Shown here: positions 34,116-44,493 of the stretch, in pieces
Numbering within the stretch: the first letter of the stretch is position 1
How the letters are laid out: every line of letters begins with the position of its first letter
DNA from: Nemertoderma westbladi
Lineage: Eukaryota; Animalia; Xenacoelomorpha
NCBI GenBank assembly: GCA_032718475.1
Contig: JAUCBJ010000963.1
Location: 1-48,072, forward strand
Reading direction: 5' to 3'
DNA length: 48,072 nt
Position numbers and translations under genes: made by a program
Notes under the pieces: generated by a model
The model's input: the letters and a program-made list of their open reading frames with translations, nothing else
Told to the model about the DNA's origin: nothing
Database searches by the model: none

Positions 34116-37063
34116 TATTGGGATCGGAAATAAATGAATACCAGCTGCATCAGTTTATTAATGGTCGACATACAGAACAGCATATCAAACAATAATATGA
34201 ACCAACAGACCAACGAACACACCCACCACCTTACAGCACATCAGTACAGCAGTACAGTAGGTACCGGTAACGGTTACTGTACCTACAGACCTAGAAGATA
34301 GGAAAGACTGAATACCGGAATACCAGAAGAGGACCGGTAGGTAAAAGACCAGTAGGTTGGATCTAACCACCACCAAGCCAGGGTCTACTAGAGCCCTAAC
34401 AATACATAATCTAACATCTCCCCCAAGAACAATGTAGGAGACATTTGTACTGAAAAAAAAAAAATCCAACCACCACCAATAGGTCAGTTCATTGAACTCC
34501 GAATCTTGCTGGTTGCTTGTGAGTTCTCGAACTGCGCCTGGGAAGATCATCAGCGAACTGTACCTGTTTTTGAGGCGTTATGTCACGAAGAGAAGAGTCC
34601 TCTGGGATGGAACGCAGATAACGACGATTTCTCCAATACACCCGACCATTGTCTAGTTCTATCCTGTAATCTCGCCTAGTACCACGGGAAAGGACGATAC
34701 CAGATTTGTTCCATAGTTTGGAATGTGCACTCTGGATGCAAACTCGGGAACCAATAGGAATCGGGGTTAAGTCGTGAGCATGATCATTATAATATGATTC
34801 AGTTGCTGAAGACGTTGAAGGACCAGGGATAGGGAATGAATCACCTGCCAGTGTGGACGAATGAGCTGGTATAGTGGAACGGAGGGATCTACCGAACAAC
34901 AGTTGAGCTGGAGACATACCATGTTCTTTAGGAGTATTTCTCCATTCCAGCAAACCACGAACAAAGCAAGTAGAGTTTAGATCTCCTTTGATATCTAACT
35001 TTTTTATCAATGATTTCATGGCCTTTACAGCCCCCTCTGCATGGCCATTAGACTGAGGATACTCAGGAGTAGAATACTCAGGGATGATATTCCATTCGGA
35101 TAAGAAATCATGATAACGTGCTGAATTAAATTGTGTACCACCATCAGAACGAAGGCGTTTTGGAATACCGAAATCTTTGAACCATCCTCGAAGAGCTGAA
35201 ATAACTTGAGAGCTGGAAGGATCGGCACGCCAAGAATGAACGCATGGCCACCCAGAATATCTATCGACATAAACCAGGTATGACCAGGTGCTGAAGTAGA
35301 AAAGATCAGCAGAGCAATCCTCCATTGGAAGACATGGATGAGGGTCGCTTTGGAGAGACTCTTTAGGTAAACTTGGTTGATAAAGTTGACACTGGGGACA
35401 AGAATTGACTATGTTTGTAATATCGCTATTGATACCAGGCCAGAATACAGTTTGCCTAGCTCTCCTCTTAGAACGTTCAATGCCCTGATGAGCATCATGA
35501 AGGTGCTTCAGGACATTCTTGCGGAGGGAAGATGGAATTACAATCCGGGAACCTAATAAAAGAAGATTATCTTCACAAGATAACTGATGTCGCACATTCC
35601 AGAATGGGCGTATGTGCACAGAACATTGTGTGGATGTTGAGGGAAATCCAGAAATAACAGCATCCACCAAAGCCATGTAAGAAATATCATCCTTTGCAGA
35701 TGATCGGATAGACTCAATATATGAATCCTTGAGATGACTTGGAGCATCAGAGACAACAATTGAGGTAGACACGTGACGAATGACTGCAGAAACATGGTCA
35801 TTGACATCTGTATCACAAAGAATATCCTCTGGAGTAGGATCTGAAACAGGGGCACGGGAAAGTGCGTCTGGAATGGAATGTTCACTTCCCTTTCTCCATG
35901 TTGTATTGAAGAAATAAAGGGTGAGTTTCTCTTTAAGACGTTGGATTCGGGGATTGTCTATCATATCCAAAGTATAATTGTTTAGGATAGGAAGAAGAGG
36001 TTTATGGTCAATTACCAACTCGAATGATGGGAGACCCATAAGATACACCTTACACTTCCTAGTAGCCCATATGACGGCTAACAGTTCAAGCTCTATCATT
36101 GCATAACGTGATTCAGTGTCAGTGATGAATCTTGAACCGCACTGAATGAGTTTCCAAAAGCTGTCGTGTTTCTGAAGAAGTGAGAAACCAAGACCCTTCA
36201 AACGTGAAGCATCTGTCTGCAACATTGTAGGCAGCAATGGATCATATGGAGCTAGAATTGGAGGACTTACAAGAGCTTTCTTAACTGCTTGAAATGCAGT
36301 TTCTTGGGGTTCTGACCAACAGAAGACATTTTTAACTTTAAGAAGGTCCCGAAGAGGGCCTGCCTTTTCGCTAAGAGAGGAAGTGAACTCACCTTTCACA
36401 AGACCCAAGAAAGATCTAAGTTCAGAAATGTTGGTCGGAACAGGAAAGTCAGCAATAGCATTAAGTTTGGAAGGATTTGCTTGAATACCATTACTACTAA
36501 TTATATATCCTGCGAAGCACACCTCAGGGGTAGCTAATTTGAATTTCGCAGCTTTGAGACTGATCTGGTGTTCACGACACCGATCCAGAACGGCAATAAT
36601 ATGTGTGAGATGACTGTGACTATCGGAAGAATGAATTAGAATGTCATCAACTACTTTAGCAATGCCATCCAATCCCTGTAAAGCTATATCACCACGAAGA
36701 CAAAACACATCTTGTGCTGAAGTTAATCCCATGGGATTCCTAAGAAACTTGAATCGACCCCAAGGGGAAATGAATGTTGTTAAATTCTGACTGGATTCAT
36801 CAAGAGGTATCTGCCAATATCCATCCTTGGCATCTAATGAAGAGCCAACCAACAGACCAACGAACACACCCACCACCTTACAGCACATCAGTACAGCAGT
36901 ACAGTAGGTACCGGTAACGGTTACTGTACCTACAGACCTAGAAGATAGGAAAGACTGAATACCGGAATACCAGAAGAGGACCGGTAGCTAAAAGACCAGT
37001 AGGTTGGATCTAACCACCACCAAGCCAGGGTCTACTAGAGCCCTAACAATACATAATCTAACA
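34116..37063 (-). mobile_element. Gypsy (Ty3) LTR retrotransposon with internal deletion, 5-bp TSD AGTAT
   Basis: 3' LTR 34116-34416; 5' LTR remnant 36847-37063 (1 mismatch in 217 nt); PPT ttgggggaga adjacent to 34416; AGTAT at 34111-34115 and 37064-37068. Confidence 0.92.
34489..36888 (-). CDS. pol: Truncated Gypsy Pol (partial RT, RNase H, integrase) with LTR-derived N terminus, 799 aa open
   Basis: LDAKDGYWQ, VVDDILI, LQTDAS, YAMIELE, HDAHQG..CPQC, RSDGGTQF, QSNGHAE. Confidence 0.85.
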   Translation of the reverse strand: MCCKVVGVFVGLLVGSSLDAKDGYWQIPLDESSQNLTTFISPWGRFKFLRNPMGLTSAQDVFCLRGDIALQGLDGIAKVVDDILIHSSDSHSHLTHIIAVLDRCREHQISLKAAKFKLATPEVCFAGYIISSNGIQANPSKLNAIADFPVPTNISELRSFLGLVKGEFTSSLSEKAGPLRDLLKVKNVFCWSEPQETAFQAVKKALVSPPILAPYDPLLPTMLQTDASRLKGLGFSLLQKHDSFWKLIQCGSRFITDTESRYAMIELELLAVIWATRKCKVYLMGLPSFELVIDHKPLLPILNNYTLDMIDNPRIQRLKEKLTLYFFNTTWRKGSEHSIPDALSRAPVSDPTPEDILCDTDVNDHVSAVIRHVSTSIVVSDAPSHLKDSYIESIRSSAKDDISYMALVDAVISGFPSTSTQCSVHIRPFWNVRHQLSCEDNLLLLGSRIVIPSSLRKNVLKHLHDAHQGIERSKRRARQTVFWPGINSDITNIVNSCPQCQLYQPSLPKESLQSDPHPCLPMEDCSADLFYFSTWSYLVYVDRYSGWPCVHSWRADPSSSQVISALRGWFKDFGIPKRLRSDGGTQFNSARYHDFLSEWNIIPEYSTPEYPQSNGHAEGAVKAMKSLIKKLDIKGDLNSTCFVRGLLEWRNTPKEHGMSPAQLLFGRSLRSTIPAHSSTLAGDSFPIPGPSTSSATESYYNDHAHDLTPIPIGSRVCIQSAHSKLWNKSGIVLSRGTRRDYRIELDNGRVYWRNRRYLRSIPEDSSLRDITPQKQVQFADDLPRRSSRTHKQPARFGVQ

Positions 37064-37094
37064 AGTATGACATTTTTTTTTACAATACTCTTCT

Positions 37095-37705
37095 CCTTCA
37101 TAAGTCTCGTTGCGCTCGTCCGGTTTTGTCTTCAAACAATTTTCCTAAAAGGAGACTAACGACCTTTATAACTATGCAAAGTCTCGAAACTGTGAGAGTA
37201 ACTGGCAAATGGATCCATCTCGTATCCACTGTAAACTCGTTATGTTCGTTCGTTTTTTTACCAACCTTCCGATTCTTTCTAAACTTTTGCCGGACTACAT
37301 ACGTACCAAGTTTCGTTTAATTTCATTAAGGAATAACCGAGTTATTAGCGATAAAAAATTTACGACGACGACGACAGACAACTCGTTCCACCTTGTTAGG
37401 TTCCACCTTGGTGTAGTGGTTGCATTGAATTCACATCTCCCGTAGGTCGTGGGTTCGATCCTCACATGGGCCAGGGCAGTTTTCGTTTCGGTACGAATGC
37501 TTTAAAGGGACCAGCCATGGCGCATCTCTGCCTTGCATCCTTAAGTGGTAGCTAAATGAGTACTGGAGTTTGTTCTGGGGGGACCGCATTGGAAATAAGT
37601 CGTCAGACTTTGTGCGTAATCCCGTAAAATTTACTTTACTTTACTTTAACTCGTATATGGTACCCATATGTTAAGGCTTCGCTCATTTCGTGGCTCGCCC
37701 CACAT
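37095..37705 (+). mobile_element. Possible Helentron-associated (DINE/HINE-like) non-autonomous element, interrupted by a SINE
   Basis: taccaagtttcg...ccgagtta...(acg)n microsatellite, then gcttcgctc...gctcgccc; similar architecture at ~29000-29295. Confidence 0.4.
37387..37647 (+). mobile_element. tRNA-derived SINE, 7-bp TSD AACTCGT, (TTTAC)n tail
   Basis: A box tggtgtagtgg at 37409, B box gggttcgatcc at 37451, core gccttgcatcctt...aaatgagtac reminiscent of Deu/Nin-domain SINEs; TSD at 37380-37386 and 37648-37654. Confidence 0.8.
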
Positions 37706-38056
37706 ACATTAAACAACATAAGTTTACTTATGTCAGTCTGTAAACGTATATAGAGTATTGATAAAGTCTTCACATCTTGAGTGCTTGATATTGAGATATT
37801 TTATTACATTACGGTACAGAACAGCAGTACCGGTACTGCAGTACAACAGTAGGCTCTATATTACATTATCGCAATAATTTTTATTGTCCGTTTAAATCCT
37901 TTTTTTGTCCTTTTTTTTATTATTTATGTCCTCCAAAAATCTAATGTTAGGTTCCATGCTACCGGTTTCTCTACTGCTGTTCTCTCAGGCTATCAGTACC
38001 GGTATTAGTATATATAGCACTATTTTGCTGTATTGTATGTACAGATGTAGGTATAT

Positions 38057-38410
38057 TTATTATTTTGGTTAGAAAAGCCTGCCTCTGTAACCTGTTCCTT
38101 TCCCTCAATTTGTAACAATATCGTTTATTGTTTTGGTTAAAAAAAAGCCTGCCTCTGTAACCTATTTATTTACCTCAATTGGTAACAATATCGTTTATTA
38201 TTTTGGTTAGAAAAGCCTGCCTCTGTAACCTGCTCCTTTCCTTCAATTGATAACAATATCGTTTATTATTTTGGTTAGAAAAGCCTGCCTCTGTAACCTG
38301 TTCCTTTCCCTCAATTGGTAACAATATCGTTTATTGTTTTGGTTAAAAAAAGCCTGCCTCTGTAACCTGTTCATTTCCCTCAATTGGTAACAATATCGTT
38401 TATTGTTTTG
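38057..38410. repeat. ~68-bp tandem repeat, ~5 copies
   Basis: ttttggtt at 38063, 38131, 38201, 38269, 38337. Confidence 0.92.
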
Positions 38411-38824
38411 ATTAGTCTGCCCACTTTGTATATATCAACCTAACTTAAATACCCTCGAGACGATCAGTTAGCATTATACGATAGGTTCTCCTTATATAGT
38501 TATTATATTCTCATAGATAATTCTTGAAGGAAGCGATTATCCGATGATCAATATCGTCCACCTTCTAAGTTACTGTATTTTTGTCGGTAGGTTATTCACC
38601 AGTCAGGTAGTTTAGATTAGATTCAAGGGGGATAAAATCTGCGCGAAGGGACAATATCTGCTAGCAGATTTGGTCCTATGGGGGGTAAAATCTGCTGGCG
38701 GATTTTGACCCCCGGTCAAAATGTGCGAGGGGGGCATTTTCAACTGTCACATCGGCAACTTATGGGAATACTTTTATCATAATTTTCATTTATCAAATTT
38801 AGAAACAAAATAGGTATTTGAATA

Positions 38825-39026
38825 TATTATGCGTGCATATATGTGTGCATATAAGCATGCATGTATGCGTGCATGTTTGCGTGCATATATGCGTGCATGA
38901 ATGCGTGCATATATGTGTGCATATATGCATGCATGTATGCGTGCATGTTTGCGTGCATATATGCGTGCATGAATACGTGCATATATGTGTGCATGAAAGC
39001 GTGCATATATGCATGCACATATGCAT
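38825..39026. repeat. 12-bp-period alternating purine-pyrimidine repeat (GTGCATATATGC-like)
   Basis: Direct reading; explains four overlapping low-complexity ORFs. Confidence 0.9.
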
Positions 39027-39863
39027 ACTCCTTATTATTCGTAAAATTTAGGCCCTCTATAAAGAGACAGTTTCGATATAACATGGTAAATTGTAAATAA
39101 CACCGTTTTACATAATGGACTATAAAAATAGGGGAACAGTTCCGTATGCAGTCGCATTTTATAACATAAATCATTGTTACCATGGCAACATTGTAGAGTT
39201 CTAGAACAAAATATAATTATTATACACTATTCTAGATAAAATAAAAAATATAACGTTCTAGAATATATAGCTAGTCATTTTTCATATTTAATATGGCTAG
39301 TAGGCCTAATAACAAAAACTAAATTTTTATAACATAAATCATTGCTGCCATGCAAAAAATGTCAACTGCCATAATATTATCAATATTTTTTGTCATTAAT
39401 ATATTCTGCAACAATTTAAACATGAAATGTCAATGTTTTCACATGTTTTTATAATTATAAAGAATACTAGCTAGTAAAAAAACACTAGCTACCATAAAAA
39501 AACAAATCTACTAATGTTCTAGAACACAAAAAATTGCAGTATTTATAGAAAATTTAAAAAAAAGATGTTTATATATAAACAATTATGTTTTGAAAAATTA
39601 CTAGCTAGTTGATTAGCTAATGTTCTAGAACACAATATTTTTTTGAAAAATGTTGCAATAAAGTCAGTGGTGATATTACTATGCAAAAAGTACATCATTT
39701 CATTAATTAATATCAAAATATCAAATGCGACTGCATAGGGAACTCTAGCCAAATATAGTTCCATTGATATAGGAAAAAGACAAGCCCCAAAAATGTTATT
39801 ATTATTTGAGTGTGAAACAGTATCATATCTTATAATATTTCATATATTTATAGATTTATAGTA

Positions 39864-40187
39864 GTAGTAGGGTCTTGGCCGGCTCTGTGACAGTTAGACA
39901 ACACTGATGACCCATTGTGTGTCAGGGCGCTAATCAGTCTGATTAATTAGGATAATCAATTAAACCCTAATTAGGAGTCATATGACACCTGTTAGGGTTT
40001 AATTGTACTAATTAATTGATGACACCTGTCAATTAGGGTCTAATTAGCCTAATTGGGAGGTGTCACCCAGACAGTCTGGCGCCAATGACACCCAATGACA
40101 CCCATAGGGTGATAATTGGGTGTCATATGACACCCAATGGGTGTCAATTGGGTCTAACTGTCACAGAGCCGGCCAAGACCCTACTAC
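39864..40187. mobile_element. MITE, perfect 36-bp TIR, 8-bp TSD TTATAGTA
   Basis: gtagtagggtcttggccggctctgtgacagttagac and its exact reverse complement; TSD at 39856-39863 and 40188-40195. Confidence 0.92.
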
Positions 40188-40234
40188 TTATAGTATTATA
40201 AAACGCCGTATTAATTCAAATCATTTGATTCCAT

Positions 40235-41047
40235 CTAGAGCATGGCATATATTTTTTTGGTCTTTACAAGAATAACACAAGACAATATGACCATTATGAT
40301 TTCCAATGACATGATACTCAGACCAGAGTATGCTAATATGGTCGTGTGTTGTTTAATTTTAGTAGCGATAACTGGGCCACAACCCTGAATACGCTCCCCC
40401 AATCTCTTATCCAACCAGAACACTTCCCTGCCTTCTAAACAATCTTCCAAAGTTGTCTCATCCATCTCCACAACGTCTGAGTCGCAACAGGTCTCAGGGA
40501 GTTTGAATCTTCCGTGAGCCACATGGAATCTTTCTATAGGTCCACTTTTGTAGTCCTCGTAGCTAAACCCGCCGCAACATTGCGCCATTTCCTGTATTCC
40601 ATAGAAAGTTTCTATAACAGCATTCTCAACACTGTCATCCGGGTCGTATTCGTTGGCTATCTGCTTGTAGAGCTGCCCAACAGACTCAGTTACATCCAAT
40701 CGTTCCTTATACTTAAAGACTATTACGATACAGGCGATCTTCACGATGAAGAGAATTGTAATCACGAGGATGTAGAACCACAAACAGAATCGGTTGTTTA
40801 GAAAGGCGCCACAACAACCGAAGAATGCCGTTAGACACACGAGCCCGCCGCTGATAGTAAGGACGTAGGCCGCACGACGGAAAGACAGTAACTCAATACT
40901 AGCAAACGTGCTGGAAATAATTTCAGTCTTTCTGGAAATTAGTAAGACTCCTGTTATGAGGATGAGCAAGCCAAATAAAACAAGGATAAAGTTTAATACA
41001 AATAAAGCCCCTTTACAGTAGAGCATAATAAGAGATTTCTGTGCCAT
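40235..41047 (-). CDS. Tetraspanin (6-Cys large loop), intronless CDS
   Basis: Four TM helices, FFGCCGA, CCG motif, LPETCC, QGC, C-terminal YAML. Confidence 0.95.
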   Translation of the reverse strand: MAQKSLIMLYCKGALFVLNFILVLFGLLILITGVLLISRKTEIISSTFASIELLSFRRAAYVLTISGGLVCLTAFFGCCGAFLNNRFCLWFYILVITILFIVKIACIVIVFKYKERLDVTESVGQLYKQIANEYDPDDSVENAVIETFYGIQEMAQCCGGFSYEDYKSGPIERFHVAHGRFKLPETCCDSDVVEMDETTLEDCLEGREVFWLDKRLGERIQGCGPVIATKIKQHTTILAYSGLSIMSLEIIMVILSCVILVKTKKIYAML

Positions 41048-41797
41048 TATTTAATATATTCACTGTAACTCCAGGTGATTTCTAGTCCTATTATTTTTTA
41101 TTAATTCATTCATTATAATGTACTAGAATACATAGTTGCTATAAAACCGTAACGAATCTTATTTGAATGGAATCACTAGCATTGTCCTATTAGTAGCCGT
41201 ATGGCCGTATAAGTTTTTGGTAGCCGGAGCTACCCCACATACCGTAGATGTTTAGAACAGATATTACAAAAATTTGTGTGGACTTGTTGCCCTTGTTTTT
41301 AACAGGGTCGTAAAACATAGCATAGGATAAAATTGCCATAGCAACAGCTCTTATAATAATAGGTATGACGAGTTAAGAATTTCAGCTACTAATTTGGATG
41401 TGAAGAACTTAAAGAAACATTATATTTTTTAAATTATCATAGCAACCAGGAGAGCACAACCTTCACGTTAGCAAATATTGGCATTGTTCAAAGCAAATGG
41501 CGTTATACCAGTAATTCTTTGTTGATACAAACCGTATGTGTTACCTACGAGTTGAGTAAAGGACAACTCCGTGACTGGTTGGCGACAGTATAGTATACAA
41601 GGTAACATCAACCTTCAACTCATTGTGCACTGGCCGCATTCTTAATTATCACTGAAAAACTGGAAAACTGATAAACTGGATACTTATTGAGGAACGCGAT
41701 ACTGAGTAATAACTGTAATGTAACTGGTGCAATATCGACGGAGACACTTTTTCCAAACGCTTGTAGCTAAAGGTTGAAAACTAAAATGAAAATTTTT

Positions 41798-42434
41798 GCG
41801 AAAACAAGCGAAAACAGTTGGAATTTAAGGTTAACAGTCGAAAACAGTTATATCGTTTAAAAATAATCATTCATGCATTCAGGTGAAAATCGATATTGAA
41901 GTTAACAAGGTGCAATAATAGATTTAAAATTTAGTGGCATTTATAATGTCGCTAACTTAAGATGACGTACCCATGTACAATAACACTGCTCATATCTGCT
42001 ATACTAGGTATGTAAAATACATAGCCCATAGGCCTATTTCATTTTCAGCATTCAATAATTTTGTTTGTTCTGATAATGGCGAAACCGCTGGAAGCGAAGA
42101 TACTGGAACTTCGTACTTCAACTTCTTCTTCTATCGGTGCCGGTACGGGTGCCGGTACAATAGACTCACTGAATACTCAACTCTGTAGGCTTACTGCCGT
42201 ACTGGAGTAATCCATAATCATGCAACACGTAATCAGTGTTATTGTACATTGGATATGGGTAGAACGTCATCTTAAGTTAGCGACATTATAAATGCCACTA
42301 AAGTTTAAATCTATTATTACACCAAGTTAACTTCAATATCTATTTTCACCTGGACGTATGGATGATTATTTTTAAACGATCTAACTGTTTTTGTCTGTTT
42401 TCCCTACATTCCAACTGTTTTCGCTTGTTTTCGC
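41798..42434. mobile_element. Foldback MITE with ~190-bp inverted arms
   Basis: tttagtggcatttataatgtcgctaacttaagatgacgt mirrored by acgtcatcttaagttagcgacattataaatgccactaaa. Confidence 0.85.
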
Positions 42435-42464
42435 CTGTTTTCGACTGTTGTCACATTTTTAGTA

Positions 42465-43786
42465 CTTTCCCAAAGATGCCGTTGTATATCCAGTTGTAAA
42501 GAAGATTAAACTTGATCCAGAGATACTAAAGAATTTTCGGCATGTGTCTAATCTCTTATATATTGCCAAGCTGACAGAAAAAGTATCGCAATCCAGCTCA
42601 TGAAGCACCTAACAATGAACAATCTCCATGAGGGTATGTAGATGTAGAGTGCATATCGTCCATTCCATGGTACAGAAACTGCACTGATCAAGGTAAACAA
42701 TGATATCTTACTGGATATAGATAAAGGATCAGCTGTTTTGATGATTATGCTCGATCTTAGTGCGGCATTTGAGACCATGGATCACTCAATGCTACTTCAA
42801 ATATACATATATAATAATGTGTAAAATGTGTCAAATATACTACAAGCATACGGTACCACCTATATGCAGGTGATACCCAGGTATACATCTCATCTCATTC
42901 CACCACAATGATTCCAGCTCTACTGTTGATGTAACTGAAGATTGTCTTTGGGACATAAAAAATTGGACGACGACACAACAAATTAAATTGAACACGGACA
43001 AAACGGAATTTCTCCTCATACAAAATCGTTTTGGTGCACAAACGGATCCGGCAAAAATCAGAATAGGTGATGATGAAATTCAGGCAAGTGACAGTGCAAG
43101 GGGTATCGGTTTTGTGATAGACTCGCATAACTTTCACTAAGCAAATTAAAACAAGCGTTCGTGAGGCGTTTTTTAACTTACGCAACTTAGCTAAAATTAA
43201 ATGGTACCTCTCCCAGCACGATTTAGAATTACTAATCCATGCATTAACCATTAATTACCAACAAGATCGATAACAACAAATTACAGCACTCCAATCCTGA
43301 AGGTACTCTATTGCTTACATGCAAAACACAGACTATAATATAAGTTAGCATTGCTAACCTATAAGTGCCTCAATGGGTTAGCACCAACTTATCTAAATAA
43401 ACTTCGAATCCCATATAGACACTCATGGGATCTTCGTTCGAATAGTGCTGGTCTTCTCATGGTACCGCGATACCATTTAGAATCTTATGGTAGACGAGCA
43501 GCACCTACTGCCTGGAACTCTATCACCCAGTCAGTTAGAGAGGCACCCTCTTAGGACATGTTTAAAAATAGGCTAAAGACGTTCCTATTTAGAGCAGAAT
43601 ATGGTGAAAAAATGTAGGCCCATCATTTCGTCACTTTACTTAATGTTGACTCTTTTAAATTATTTTATCTCTCAACTGATTGTGATTTTTTATTTTTTTA
43701 TGGTTACAATGTTATATTTATTTGTTAATCGCTCTGAAACTAGCTCAGAAGAGCGCTATATAAATAGTTAATAATAATAATAATAA
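42465..43786 (+). mobile_element. L2/CR1-group LINE, 5'-truncated, decayed, (TAA)n tail
   Basis: LDPEILKNFRHVSNL, SAYRPFHGTETALIKVNNDIL, MLDLSAAFET, LTYKCLNGLAPTYL; 3' end gagcgctatataaat then (taa)n. Confidence 0.88.
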
Positions 43787-44160
43787 ACCCTCCCGCTCTG
43801 TTACCTAAAGGAATGTGTGTTCTCTACCATGGGTGATCTTCCACAGTAAACCCTACCATTGTGGTCCCTAAAGGAATGTCTGTTCACCACAATGTGGGTG
43901 ATCTTCCACAGTAAACCCTCCCGCTCTGTTTCCTAAAGGAATGTGTGTTCACTACCATGGGTGATCTTCCACAGTAAACCCTACCCTTGTGGTCCCTAAA
44001 GGAATGTCTGTTCACCACCATATGGGTGATCTTCCACAGTAAAGCCTGTTCACCACCATGGGTGATCTTTCACAGTAAACCCTACTACTCTGATTCCTAA
44101 AGGAATACCCATTCACCACCATGCCATGGTGTTATCTCACACAGTAAACCCATTCCACAC
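43784..44160. repeat. ~63-65-bp tandem repeat with alternating A/B units
   Basis: taaaccctccc (43784, 43912) alternates with taaaccctacc (43847, 43975). Confidence 0.85.
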
Positions 44161-44493
44161 GGCCTCTCAGTAAACCCTTCTTCCCACCTTTATGCCTAAC
44201 AATATTATGCAGATTTAGCAACATTTGTGCCTACCAGGACAAGAATACCTTGTGATACAGTGTCAGCACTGCCCCACCCTGGGTACCCTGACTATGTCAT
44301 GTCTAAATCGACATATTTTGATCTGTACATAAAATTTAATTAACATAGTGTTATTACTGAAACTAACTCTATGGAGGAAAGCCTACGTTTATTGAAAATA
44401 ACTCACAAACACCCCACCCCGTACTCCGCATAAATACACACTTTTAAAAAGTTTAAAAGTTTGTTTGACACGTATTCTTGCAAATACGAAAGT

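Noticed and set aside
34185-34550. 121-aa hydrophobic ORF as an env-like gene
   Set aside because: Lies mostly within the 3' LTR and PPT and lacks env features.
37399-37475. tRNA gene
   Set aside because: A and B boxes are present but I cannot form a cloverleaf; it continues into a SINE body with tail and TSD. A similar decayed head lies at ~20845-20900.
38799-39183. His/Cys-rich metal-binding-like ORFs
   Set aside because: Translations of a 12-bp-period simple repeat open in several frames on both strands.
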